The notes under the pieces are model-generated. The model was not told the origin of the DNA. It worked only from the letters and a program-made list of their open reading frames with translations, and searched no databases. This document shows, piece after piece, positions 53,579 through 64,000 of a stretch of 64,000 nucleotides of DNA. This DNA is from Naegleria gruberi. Taxonomy: Eukaryota. Each line of letters begins with the position of its first letter. Position 1 is the stretch's first letter. Location of the stretch: assembly GCA_000004985.1 (NCBI GenBank), contig GG738848.1; one strand, given 5' to 3'. A program made the position numbers and the translations under genes.

Positions 53579-54393
53579 TTAGACACCAATACAGCTTGTT
53601 CCTCCAATCTGAATGGTAACATCTGTTGATTTTTGCCATGCTCTATTGTTCAACACAGCTTCAATCTTTTCAGTTGTTTCCAATCTTGTTTGATTTGATA
53701 AAATATAGCAAATTGAATTTCTCATAATTCTTGGCACAGTTCCAGCATATTCCTTTAGCAAAGTGATAAACTTTGGTTCGTCCTTCAAACCTAATAATGA
53801 CAATACATGTGATAACGATGTGTGTTTGCCACCAAGATTGACTACTGTACACTCCAGAATTAGCTTTAACTTTTCATCATCCATTGAAGGTAGAAATACC
53901 ATTTGATAGTCAGATGGAGATCTGTCTGTTTGTAGTTGATATTGAATAGGTGAGTGGCCACTCACAATGACTGAGCTTCGCTTACCAACTACAAGAGGTG
54001 CAACTGTATTAAATAGTGTTTCCAAAGGTTTGATACTGTTGTCCTTTTCGCATAATCTATCCACCTCATCAAAAAAGACTAGATAACCTTCTGGGGCATG
54101 TACAGAGTCAATATGATCTAGCATGTCATATGCAGTTCTAAATTCAGATAATTCTTCATTGAACTTCTTTCTCAATCCTGACATTTCTTGTGTTGTAGAC
54201 AAATCGTGCACTAATTGATTTCTGTACGCATTCAAAACACTTTTTCTTATGTACTCATCAACTGTATTGGTTGGTGCACAACAAGTAATTTCAAATCCCT
54301 AACAAACTTTGTGGACTCATCCCATTCGAAATGATTGTCTTCATACACTTGCCTAAACTTTTTAACAAGCGAAGATTTACCAATACCATAGGT
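53579..54393 (-). CDS. P-loop NTPase (AAA+-like: Walker A GIGKSS, Walker B LVFFDEVD) protein, 3'-terminal exons; 5' exon(s) unresolved
   Basis: The exon 54393..54308 (acceptor TTCCAG; TYGIGKSSLVKKFRQVYEDNHFEWDESTK) carries Walker A. A GTTTGT or GTTAGG donor and an AG acceptor at 54236 or 54221 join it in frame to the large exon ending at 53579 (…HAPEGYLVFFDEVDRLCEKDN...VIVSGHSPIQ...). The track ORF 53579..54235 starts at a TTG. The start codon upstream of 54393 was not located. Confidence 0.5.
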
Positions 54394-54578
54394 CTGGAAA
54401 TCAAATTAGCCCCACGGTTAGTAGTCAAAGTTCTCACAATGACTCTATTTACAAACTTTAGTTGAAAGAATCTGAAGAAGTGTAAATCTTTTGCAATTTA
54501 CGTGGTGTTAGTATATGTTGTTCAGCCTTTCTTTTGTTGGTTTGAATTGGAGACTCATTACCACTTTCCGAATAGAAT

Positions 54579-54609
54579 TGTCTTTTTTGGTCAATCAATT
54601 TGTTGGCAA
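54579..54609 (+). repeat. 31-nt exact duplicate (copy B), immediately upstream of the ATG at 54620
   Basis: Identical to 50140-50170. The downstream acaccaagaa of copy B is codons 3-6 (HQE) of the CN-hydrolase-like CDS. Confidence 0.85.
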
Positions 54610-54619
54610 ATAAGAAAAA

Positions 54620-55843
54620 ATGATTTCACACCAAGAAGGGGAACAAGTTGTCTCACAGCAGCAGCAAATCATTGATGACAATAATGTGGAGAATGTTTCA
54701 TCATCGGATCAAGCTAATAATGAAACCAATATTATTGTTGTTCATCCAACAAATTTAAATCAAGATTATTATCGGAATGAAGAAACATTCAAGCAAGCTA
54801 TGAATAATTTTGTAGATTTAGCATCAAAACAAGAAGAATCAATAGATAAATCCTTTAAAAGAAATATAATAATATTCCCAGAAATGATTGGAGCATGGTT
54901 AATTTGTCTAAATGAACAACCCTTCACTTTTTGGATTCCTTCACAATTATTAGCAATAATATTTATTGCATTTTCAAATATTATTCAATTTATAAGATAC
55001 TTTATTAATGAATGTTGGATTTACTTTTCAGAAATTAAAAGATTGACTAATTTATTAAGTTTTGTAGCATGGGAGGGAATAATTTATAGAAGTATTTTCA
55101 AGATGAAATCACAATTAATGTTTGATGTTTATTTGAGTACATTTTCAGAGATTGCCATTAATAGGAATGCCTATGTCATTGCAGGTTCAATTTATTTACC
55201 AAAAATTGAATATACTCACAAGTTCAAGAGATTGACCAATGATGGATTTTACAATCAATCAATTGTTTTTGATCCAAGAGGAAATATTTGTCATATTAGT
55301 GTCAAGGCATTCCCATCAGAAGATGAACATTACATTCTCACAAAGCAAAAAGATAGAATTTTCAAATCGAATGATTTCACCTTTGAGATTGAAGATTTTG
55401 GAAGAGTTATTCTCTTGATTGGATATGATTCATGGTATCCAAATTGTTATCCAACAGCCATTTCTAAAGAAAAGGATATGCCAAAACTTGTCATTGTTCC
55501 ATTTCTTTCTTCACCAGCAAATTCTTGGAAAGAATGTTGGCAAGGTTTTCAAGACAATGGACCTCTTCCACAAGATTTTGATGAATTTAACTTGGCAAAT
55601 TCAACAAGTTTGAGTGATTTATGGAAAGGTGATGGTGCAGGTTTGAGAATTTTCAAACAAAATAAGACCACCTCAAATCAATTATCAACCACAAATAATA
55701 TTAACACCTCATCATACTTTATTTGTTGTCAAATGACTGGAAAAATTTGGAGTTTATCAGCTAATGGTGAATCATTTATTAGAAACTCTGAGAAAGTACT
55801 ATTAGAAACTAACCTCAATGGATTTAATATTTCAATAAAATAA
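54620..55843 (+). CDS. carbon-nitrogen hydrolase (nitrilase superfamily)-like protein with an inserted hydrophobic segment; catalytic Cys apparently absent
   Basis: ATG at 54620 after an A6 run. CN-hydrolase signature blocks are present: IIFPEMIGAW (the Glu), NAYVIAGSIYLP, SIVFDPRGNI, and RVILLIGYDSWYP, where the canonical G..iCyD..fPE Cys position is Tyr. A TM-like insert is FTFWIPSQLLAIIFIAFSNIIQFIRYFI. 407 aa. Confidence 0.6.
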   Translation: MISHQEGEQVVSQQQQIIDDNNVENVSSSDQANNETNIIVVHPTNLNQDYYRNEETFKQAMNNFVDLASKQEESIDKSFKRNIIIFPEMIGAWLICLNEQPFTFWIPSQLLAIIFIAFSNIIQFIRYFINECWIYFSEIKRLTNLLSFVAWEGIIYRSIFKMKSQLMFDVYLSTFSEIAINRNAYVIAGSIYLPKIEYTHKFKRLTNDGFYNQSIVFDPRGNICHISVKAFPSEDEHYILTKQKDRIFKSNDFTFEIEDFGRVILLIGYDSWYPNCYPTAISKEKDMPKLVIVPFLSSPANSWKECWQGFQDNGPLPQDFDEFNLANSTSLSDLWKGDGAGLRIFKQNKTTSNQLSTTNNINTSSYFICCQMTGKIWSLSANGESFIRNSEKVLLETNLNGFNISIK

Positions 55844-56278
55844 TAATAATTAATTTATTTTTGTTCTTGAGCCGTCAACCATTATCCAACCAATCACCTT
55901 GTTCACCTGTCAAATTTCAATCCTATGAATCTGCACCAGTTGAACTCTTGTTCATCCACAAACAACTCAACAACAGACCTAAAAACCAACTACTTTTCAA
56001 TACGTGTATGATTCTTTTCTAGAAGTGATACTGGTGTTTGTTGTTGTGCATTGCGCCCAACCATAACGTTAAAATTCTCCATCTATTTCTGTTTCATCTT
56101 CTCTCTGTCGCGCATGGAAAGAGAAAATTAACGGTTCGAAAAGAGCACAGAAAGAAAATTTGGTGGTTTAGCTATTTTAAAAACAGTTGTAAAAAAATAA
56201 CCAATATTTTTGGAGCCATTTTTAAAAAACAAGAGGAAACTAACGTTTTGTCTTACTAGTTGTCAATATATATAAAGG

Positions 56279-57110
56279 ATGGATTGCGACGTTTTATACA
56301 AAGGTAAGATGAGTTTGATGATGATTTTATTTAATTTTATATTTGATGATGATAGTTGTTGTTATTGGAGATTCTGGTGTCGGAAAATCAAATTTAATTA
56401 CCAGATTTACTCAAAATAAGTTTACTAAAGACACAAAACCAACTATCGGTGTTGAGTTTGGTGCTAAATCTATTGAATATGATGGTGTAACTATCAAGGG
56501 TCAAATTTGGGATACGTACGTAGTATAATTATTATTGTTGTGTTTTAATAATAATCAATGACATTGATACGTAATAATATCATGTATAATTATTGTTTTT
56601 AGTGCTGGTCAAGAACGATTCAGAGCAAGTAAGTATATAATTTGATTATTTTAATGTCTAAACAATTTTATAGTTTCTGCTGCTTATTACAGAGGTGCTA
56701 ACGGAGCTCTTATTGTTTATGATATTACAAACCAAGAAAGCTTTGATAATTTGGAAAAATGGTTCAAGGAAATTGAAAATCAAGGAGAAAATGGTTGTAT
56801 CAATATTTTAGTTGGTAACAAGTGTGACTTGAATCACTTGAGACAAGTAGAAACAGCAACTGGTAGAGCTTTTGCTGAAAAACATAACGTTTCATTCATG
56901 GAAACATCTGCTTTGGATAGTACTAACGTAGATGAAGCTTTCACCACACTTTTGAAGGAAATTTACAAGACCCAAAGCCGAAAGAGTAAGAAACCAGAAG
57001 AGGATCGTAAAGATGAACCAATAGGTCCAAGTGACAAGGTCATCATTGATGATGGTGAAGGTGATAAACCAAAACCAAAACCAGCTCAAGGTGGTGGTTG
57101 TGGTTGTTAA
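56279..57110 (+). CDS. Rab11-family small GTPase, 4 exons
   Basis: Exons: 56279..56303 (MDCDVLYK), 56356..56515 ([54 protein letters not shown]), 56603..56628 (AGQERFRA), 56674..57110 ([19 protein letters not shown]...ILVGNKCDL...[23 protein letters not shown]...GGGCGC*). The introns are 52, 87 and 45 nt (GTAAGA, GTACGT, GTAAGT donors). G1-G5 motifs are present and the end is CGC, as in Rab proteins. The closest match is the Rab11 switch region ([26 protein letters not shown]-like). Confidence 0.85.
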
Positions 57111-57199
57111 GTTTGAGTGACACTCTTTATTGTAAATATTTAATGTATAAACTCAATTCAATAGAAATCCACAATAATAAATTGATGAAATAATTTATT

Positions 57200-60100
57200 T
57201 TAATAAGTTGGAGTAAAATCTTGCATTTCTGGCATGACACTTTCACTGATGGCAGCTGCATTGACACTCTTTTTTCTTTGGATTTCATTCTTTTTTGTAA
57301 AACGAAGGATCAATATCACAATAATTATGATTATAACAATTATGGTGAATACAATTACAAAAACAATTGGTATAACAATTGCAGCAACAATATTTGGTCT
57401 AAAAGCACGAGGAGGAACATCTTTTGAGTATGTACAAAATGCTTCATTCACCTGAACTAGAGTTCCATTTGTTGATGTCAACACCAAAGCATAAGGTTGA
57501 CTAGTTGTAACTGAAGCCAATTGATTCATATAAACTGCAACACTAACATATGAAGCTGCACCCAAAGAATTAACAATAACCTTTTCCAAATTATTTACAG
57601 TGTCCACTGCTCCTAAATCATTACCTCCATACACTACAAGATTTTTGAAACTTGTTCCATCAGTGGTGAATGTATTTACAATCAAATCCAAATTATTAAT
57701 GAGTGGAACAAAAGAAGAAATATCACTTGGATAATCGTACCAAGCTAAAGTTGCTTTGATCCAACTTGCACTTTCAACTTTGTAACATAATTTGAATGAT
57801 TGAGAGGAGGCAGTGAACGAATTTTCAAAGAATGTCAAGCCAACATCATTTCCAGTTTCAGTTTTCAGCAATGATCCCAAGGAAACAATACCATGACCTT
57901 CAACAGGATTTGGTTGAAAATAGGCATTTAGCTCAACTCTATCAGTTTCGTCTCCATTCAATGAAACTGTTCCTTTAGATGGAACAGCTGATTGGACCAA
58001 GAGAGCTTTAATCAAAGGTCCTGATGGGTTGGAAACTCCTCTATTCTTCTGTAAATATTGTCTTATCAAAGCTATTATTAGTGTTGAAACTTAAGTTGAA
58101 ATTGAAATAACTTACCAGCAGCTCCAGCCTTTAAAGGAATATTAAATATAATATTAAATAATTAAATACTTACCATTAGAGGTGTACTCATTGAAGTTCC
58201 TCTCTATTTTCAATGAGTTTATGTGAAAAAAGTTTAAAAAAACACAACTTACCTTTGAAAGAAGAGCAGCATCGTTTCCTTCTTTTGGACGACCAGTTCC
58301 ACATTGATTGGTAGTAATTATACCATCAGAGTGAGCACTCACAATATTTTCTCCAACTGCAACTAAATCTGGTTTAATTCTTCCTCCATCTTCATTTACC
58401 TTAATTAACTTGTAAAAATCAAAGAAAACATACCAGCAGGTCCTCTACTCGAAAATGAAGCGATATTCATCTCATTGTAAGCTTTAGTATCTTTAAACTG
58501 ATTTTCAACATAACTTGGGCAACAGTATGATCTCACATTGGTAGATAATGATAAACAACATTCTTCAGGTCCAGCAAAATTTAGAGATGCTTCCTTAATC
58601 TTTGTATAGTAATCTTCATAATACAGTGAGGTAAGAATTCCACTATTTGAAGAACGAGATGATCCAACACTAATGATATTCTTTGAGTTTGATTGCTCTG
58701 TGAGAGTTCCTTGTTTGGCGAGTGCTCCATCATTTCCTTTTAAGTGTTTAGAATAAGAAATTCCAATTTGGAAACAACTTACCTGCAGCAAAGAGAATAA
58801 CTGCATCCTGTTTATCCCACAAATACTTGTCAAGGTTATAAGCTGAAGAAGTGTAAAAGTTTGTAATGGAACAACATGTTTCAGAACCAAACAATCTGTT
58901 ACACTGGGCATCAGTAATCGAATCACCAGAATTGAATGAATCAAATGCATTGACCACTCTACAATTCTTACAATCATAAGAACAAGTAACATAGACAGAA
59001 GCAGAGGTTCCGTAACTGTTGGAGAAAATTCTTGCGCCGTAATTATATCCTTGTTTAAAGAGAACTGTTAAATCATTAGACATGAACATATTGTCATTGT
59101 TTGAATCTTTCATATCAACAAAGAATAGTTTTGAAGCTGGAGCCATTCCATGATATTGATTGACAGTGTCAGAAAAATCTGTATTTTCCATTGAGCCAGA
59201 GATGGAACCTGCTACGTGAGTACCATGTCCAGAAACATCATCCTTAAAATCTGTAGTAATCTTTTGATTATTAAATTGGAATGTAATTGTATTATATGAC
59301 ACAATCTTTCTATGATTTTCATCAAAGACATTGACATTGGAAGAATCTCTAAAGAAGCAATGATCGTGATCAATACCAGTATCACTCAATCCAATTATCT
59401 GTCCCTCTCCATAAATTCCAAGATCATAGAATGGACTAGCTCTTGCCACAGAGTTGGCATTAACTGATTGTGAGATGGAAACTCCATTCTTATTGAAAAA
59501 GCCAAGTTGATGGACCTTTTCAACATAGTGTACGTTTGGGTGACTCTTCAAAGTTTGTCCAACTCTTGCAGAAACTAGAGGTGAAAATTGAATTTCGAAA
59601 TGACTATCTGAAATTACTTCAATTGGGAAGAAATCCCTTCCTTTGATAAGTTGACTTCCCAATAATTCATTAAGATTATTGGCTATTTGTTGAGCTGATT
59701 CATTTTGCTGTTCAGTTGTGAGAGAATCCAACGAATGGGTAAGAGAAATTGAAGCCCTCAAATATCTTGGAGTGGTCAGAGATCTCTTTGAGCTATTCAA
59801 ATATTGGATTGAAATGTGTTCAATTTCTGCAAAATCTAAAATTGACTTGAATCTTTCTTCATAGTTTCCAATAAACTCTAAATCATCCTTAAAAGCCAGC
59901 AATTGACTCAACTTTCCAACAACTTTAAACACACCATGATTTAAAAAATTTCCTACTCTTGTCAAAGGATGATTCCTCTCCCTTTCACTCTTAATCTTTA
60001 TAATATATTCAGCAATTTGTTCTTCTTGTTTAATTCTTCTTTTCAAATTACCATGAAGAATGTTATTCTCTGAATTAAGTATATAATTATTACCCTCGCC

Positions 60101-60319
60101 TTCTATTCTATTATTACTATTCATCATGGCCTTAAAACTAATAAATTCTTCACTTATTGATGGTGCTGCCAAAGCCCTCTCGGTCATCATTGTTGTTATG
60201 ATAATCAGCAGAAAACAACTTAGCACCAAATTCTTCATCATCATTCTTGTTGCACTAATTCCTTCTGAATTGTTGCAACTCTTCCTCAGCTTTGAACACT
60301 TAGAAGAATTGTCTCTCAT
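57200..60319 (-). CDS. subtilisin-like serine protease (S8 family) with signal peptide and C-terminal transmembrane anchor, 6 exons
   Basis: ATG at 60317-60319. Exons: 60319..58783, 58736..58434, 58389..58253, 58203..58174, 58128..58116, 58071..57200. The introns are 44-49 nt, all GTAAGT/GTATGT...AG with consistent phases. The catalytic triad is reconstructed as GLSDTGID (Asp), SGHGTHVAGSI (His) and GTSMSTPLMAGAAG (Ser, across exons 4-5); the oxyanion-hole Asn region is also present. The C-terminal hydrophobic stretch is IVAAIVIPIVFVIVFTIIVIIIIIVILIL. The 30- and 13-nt exons are inferred from motif continuity. Confidence 0.8.
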
Positions 60320-60611
60320 AATTATTTAAAACAACCACCAGAAGCTACAAGTTGATTTACTGTTGATTTTTTTTGAACTTGCAAAAGGTCGTGCCTCAAT
60401 TAAGAGAAATTGTTGGTGAATGATCTATTTCGGAAATAGGTGTGCCTTACGCATAATTTGGGTACTACTGTATTGTTTGCTGAAGGAGGTTTATTGTGTA
60501 CGCTTCTAAGACGTTTCAAACATTCTAATTTGATGATCACAAGTTATTAAAACATAATAATAAATTCAATAAAAAGCAATATATTAAGTGTTCAAAGAAC
60601 AGATAGTACTT

Positions 60612-63600
60612 TTAGAAAAGGGTATAACTGTCTGGGAATCTCATCTTCTTATTATTTTTCAAGAGAGTGGACCAATGGTTGAATCCCATCTCTCCAGTGA
60701 GCTTGGATATGAGATCATACAATTTGGATTCATTTTCATTTTGTTCTCCCAATGATTTAATCAACTTTTGAAGGGCAACTGTTTGATATTTAAAGTATAA
60801 ATCATATTGGACATCTGTGAAGAGGAATTTCTCTGTTGGATCAACAAATTGTCTGAGGGTCTTCATTGTTTGCTTGATTAGAGTATCTCTGTCCGAAATT
60901 TCTGAGCCAGTTGTATCATCTAACAACAAATCGAGTTTGGTTTGCAATGAATTAATGAGTGCATCCTTCTTCTTATCCATTTCTTTACATTTGAGTTGGT
61001 ATGCTTGTTGTTCGAGTTCAGATTCTTCATCTTCGTTCTTTGTCTTATTCTTTGGTTGACTACCATAGTGAATAATCAAATCAGAAATGTTAGCGACTTC
61101 AGTGACACTATCAACAAGTTGAGTAATTTGATTGACGAGATCCTTCTTTTCAGTGCTGGTCTTGAGTTGTTCCTTGAGAATATCAAGCTTCAATAGAAGA
61201 AGTCCCAAATACTTTGGATTGTTCTCTAAAAGTGTGTTGACAAATGGTAAAGCTTCAGCTTTGAGCTTTTTAAGATAGGTTACTTGTTGTTCAATAATGT
61301 AGTCTTGGAACTTTTGTTCTGCCGTTCTTTCATCAGCCTTATTTTCCTTTTCAGGAGTTGATTTTTCACTTGCCAAGAAAGAAGGTGGAACCACAAAGGT
61401 AAGTGGAACAGTGGCAACATCAACACCTTGATATTGGAATTTACCAGTCAATCTATCGCCAGCCTTAACCTCCTTTGGTAAATCCTTTTCAACTCCAGAA
61501 TATCCCAAGGCATAGGAATTGCTTCTACCATAACTCAACTTGAATTTTTCATCTTGTTTATCAACATCAGTAAGAGCACCATTGATGTGCTTGAATAATT
61601 TGAGTGAAATTGGTTTGGCAAGTACGTGAGTAATGACGAGAGGATAATTCTTGAGCTTTTGTAGGGTTGCAATATTGTCATGTCTGAATTGTGCTCTGAC
61701 AACATAGTCACCCTTCTTCAACTTGAATTTTTCAGGATGGTAATCAGAAACCTTGACTAATTTCTTATTCTTATTGAAGATCATAAGCATTCTTGATTCA
61801 ATATTGCATTCATAGAGTAATTTGGAGAGAACTGGTAGTGAGGTGATAATTTCATGATCTGATGCCATCTTGAGATTATAGTCAAGTATCATTTCATAGC
61901 TACACTTTTCAGTATCAAAATAGGTATTTCTTGGATTGTTTTGAATTTGAATGAGTTTTGAATCTTCACTATTGGTTGGAGAGAGTGTTTCTTTCCAAGA
62001 ATCAAGTTTTGCAGAAATATTCATTTCCATATTTCTTAATGATGAAGTGAGTTGTATCTTTCTAGCAACTTCACTTCCATCAAAGAATATCTCATCATTG
62101 GAAATATTGATAGAGTCGATTCCATAGAATTCTACATCAACTGTAATTTTACATTGTCCAGGAGAGGACCAGAATTGACCAAATGTCAATTCTAGAGTTC
62201 TATTTGGAACAGTCTTAATATTGTGAGTGGAAACATCTGACTGAGAAACTTGAATGAATTTTCTGGTGTCATATTTAGAATAGGCTTCCCTGTCCAAAAG
62301 TTGTGTAGCATGGAAGACGAGCATTTTTTGTGTGTCCATTTCATCAGCTCTCAATGATAACTTGCAGTATTGAATAGAGCATGAAGGGGTGCTAATATAT
62401 TGTCTATAGAGTTCTCCTGATTTCATTTGATAGGTGAAAGTCTTTCTATATTCTACTTCGGTATCAGATTTGACTAGCTTGTAAGGTTTCATTACAGTAA
62501 TTGGAACAGAGAAAACTGGACCGAATTCCATATTATCACAATCAAGAGCATCAATTCTGGCAAAATAAACATTATTTTCGTCTAAAATTTCAGTATTAAT
62601 TTGAACAACGAATGAGAATGTTCCTGGTATGTGTAAGAATTCTGGTGCTTTGATGAATTTTGGAGTCTCATTTGCTTTGTGATCTGTGACTGTATTTGCA
62701 TTATTGCTAGAAAAAATAGGTACAAGTTTGAATCTCTTTTCAAACTCGATCTTGCTCATATTCTTTGTTTTCTCATTGTAGACAAGATCAATACTGACTG
62801 TATAGAATTGGGTTGAGTGAGTCTCCTCAAATTCTCTTAAATAAATGCCTCTTGCATTATTTCTTTGTGGAATTGAAATTACATATCTATAATCGTCAGT
62901 GTCTGGATTGAATGGCTTTTGCTTTTCAATAAATTTAAAGGCGTCCAAAACTTGAACTAATCCTGAACCAATAGATAATGGATGATGGCTATGCTCATCC
63001 ACATTCTTTTCATCATTTTCATGATTATTTCTTGCAGTATTTTCCAAAACTTTTTTGATGTAATAAGGATTCCATTTTCTTCCCTCAGCTATTAAGGCAC
63101 TATAAAGCAATGCAAGACAACCGGAACATTGAGGTGAAGACATGGAAGTTCCATTACATCGATTTACAGATTGTAGAGTATAGTTTGGTACACTGGTAAT
63201 AGCAGCACCCAAGCTAGAAATAGTTGGGCACAATTGACCATCCTCTGTTGGACCTCTGGAAGACCATGTAAATTGGGAATCTGGAACTGTCTCAGAAAGT
63301 CCATACTGAGCTTTTATCATAGACTGGGTTACATAAGCTCCAACACCTATACATGAGTCAGATAAGGAAGCAGGGGCACCACAAGTTGTATAGTTTGGTC
63401 CAGCGTTACCAGCTGAGGTGACAAATGTAACATTGTGATTGTAAACCAATTCTTCCAACTTTTCTCTAAAGATACCAGTGTTAGCAAGAGAGCTTGGCTC
63501 GCCGTATGACATATTAATAATGGAACACTTATTTTCATAGCAGGAAATTAAGCCTCTATTGAGAGCTGTTCCAGTTTCCATAGAACCCAATCTATTATCA

Positions 63601-63992
63601 CCAATTTTGCATGAAACAATTTGGCAACCAGGTGCTGCACCGTTCAATTCTGGTTTATCTGGGAAGTGAGCGCCAACAATTCCTGCAACGTGTGAGCCGT
63701 GAGATCCTGAGGTAGTAACAATAGAAAGCAAGTTACCATTATCATAAATCTTGAAAGAATAGTTCAATAAATCAAGTTCTGTGAAGGTGGAATATTCGTA
63801 ATTCAGGCTATAGTCACTCATCAACTTTTCATTACTCAAATCGACAACTTGTTCATCAAAACTAGAGGTTTCAAAAATATTCTTCTCAGCATCATAACTA
63901 TCATGAACAACCACAGCTCTATACACGTTGGCCTTCTCGTCTAAAAATACAATACAATCCAAAAGTGGACCAGAGTCTTCATAATTCTTCAT
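60612..63992 (-). CDS. tripeptidyl-peptidase II (TPP2, S8 family), 3' part; N-terminal exon(s) with the catalytic Asp lie beyond the window end
   Basis: The 1,126-codon ORF ends at 60612. It aligns to TPP2 from the segment after the Asp box (PLLDCIVFLDEKANVYRAVVVHDSYD ~ human PVYDCLVWHDGEVWRACID). It continues through GSHGSHVAGIVGAHFPDKPELNGAAPGCQIVSCKIGD (His), SAGNAGP, and LQSVNRCNGTSMSSPQCSGCLALL (Ser), then the long TPP2 C-terminal region. The track start at 63992 is not an ATG. The 5' end is truncated by the window. Confidence 0.85.
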   Translation of the reverse strand: MKNYEDSGPLLDCIVFLDEKANVYRAVVVHDSYDAEKNIFETSSFDEQVVDLSNEKLMSDYSLNYEYSTFTELDLLNYSFKIYDNGNLLSIVTTSGSHGSHVAGIVGAHFPDKPELNGAAPGCQIVSCKIGDNRLGSMETGTALNRGLISCYENKCSIINMSYGEPSSLANTGIFREKLEELVYNHNVTFVTSAGNAGPNYTTCGAPASLSDSCIGVGAYVTQSMIKAQYGLSETVPDSQFTWSSRGPTEDGQLCPTISSLGAAITSVPNYTLQSVNRCNGTSMSSPQCSGCLALLYSALIAEGRKWNPYYIKKVLENTARNNHENDEKNVDEHSHHPLSIGSGLVQVLDAFKFIEKQKPFNPDTDDYRYVISIPQRNNARGIYLREFEETHSTQFYTVSIDLVYNEKTKNMSKIEFEKRFKLVPIFSSNNANTVTDHKANETPKFIKAPEFLHIPGTFSFVVQINTEILDENNVYFARIDALDCDNMEFGPVFSVPITVMKPYKLVKSDTEVEYRKTFTYQMKSGELYRQYISTPSCSIQYCKLSLRADEMDTQKMLVFHATQLLDREAYSKYDTRKFIQVSQSDVSTHNIKTVPNRTLELTFGQFWSSPGQCKITVDVEFYGIDSINISNDEIFFDGSEVARKIQLTSSLRNMEMNISAKLDSWKETLSPTNSEDSKLIQIQNNPRNTYFDTEKCSYEMILDYNLKMASDHEIITSLPVLSKLLYECNIESRMLMIFNKNKKLVKVSDYHPEKFKLKKGDYVVRAQFRHDNIATLQKLKNYPLVITHVLAKPISLKLFKHINGALTDVDKQDEKFKLSYGRSNSYALGYSGVEKDLPKEVKAGDRLTGKFQYQGVDVATVPLTFVVPPSFLASEKSTPEKENKADERTAEQKFQDYIIEQQVTYLKKLKAEALPFVNTLLENNPKYLGLLLLKLDILKEQLKTSTEKKDLVNQITQLVDSVTEVANISDLIIHYGSQPKNKTKNEDEESELEQQAYQLKCKEMDKKKDALINSLQTKLDLLLDDTTGSEISDRDTLIKQTMKTLRQFVDPTEKFLFTDVQYDLYFKYQTVALQKLIKSLGEQNENESKLYDLISKLTGEMGFNHWSTLLKNNKKMRFPDSYTLF

Positions 63993-64000
63993 TAAATCGT

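Noticed and set aside
53356-53622. Minus ORF 53356..53622 (88 aa, hydrophobic), which overlaps the end of the P-loop gene.
   Set aside because: It overlaps the stop region of the better-supported frame. It has a low-complexity L/I/F composition and no homology.

Overview
The window is eukaryotic nuclear DNA, not prokaryotic. It is gene-dense and AT-rich, with coding GC of roughly 35-40%. It is full of short spliceosomal introns of about 40-65 nt with GTAAGT/GTATGT...AG boundaries and A-rich ATG contexts. Gene content and protein style point to a social amoeba (Dictyostelia), probably not D. discoideum itself, because intergenic DNA is only moderately AT-rich and the introns are very short. 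The ORF track uses ATG, TTG and GTG as starts and does not splice, so many of its starts are artefacts; I rebuilt exon structures by hand where homology allowed.

I call about 30 protein genes and one tRNA gene. Those with clear homology:
- A papain-family cysteine protease with 8 exons.
- A p23/CS-domain co-chaperone-like protein.
- An RNF10-like RING E3.
- A rhomboid protease.
- A class-I-like PI3-kinase catalytic subunit, and a SAC-domain phosphoinositide phosphatase.
- A SHAQKYF-class Myb protein.
- A receptor-like TKL kinase with 5 exons.
- An ACC-synthase-like aminotransferase.
- A ZC2HC1-type zinc finger protein.
- An RWP-RK transcription factor with a roughly 330 nt intron.
- The Spb1/FtsJ3 rRNA methyltransferase.
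- A cytochrome-b5-domain protein.
- A Rac/Rho-family GTPase (7+ exons) and a Rab11-like GTPase (4 exons).
- A carbon-nitrogen-hydrolase-like protein.
- A membrane-anchored subtilisin (6 exons) next to a partial tripeptidyl-peptidase II gene.
- tRNA-Ile(AAU).

The remaining calls are hypothetical or low-complexity proteins, and include one candidate frameshifted pseudogene.

No single new 'system' stands out. The more unusual features are:
- A 1,937-aa hyper-acidic protein built from nested tandem coding repeats, including a His-rich KHDHEEK minisatellite, with a C-terminal RNI-like LRR cap.
- A local concentration of five F-box-like/LRR (RNI-type) genes, one of them fused to a bacterial-type DUF1963 domain.
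- A frameshifted pseudogene-like 1.3 kb stretch.
- A 31-nt exact duplicate of a 5'-leader segment.
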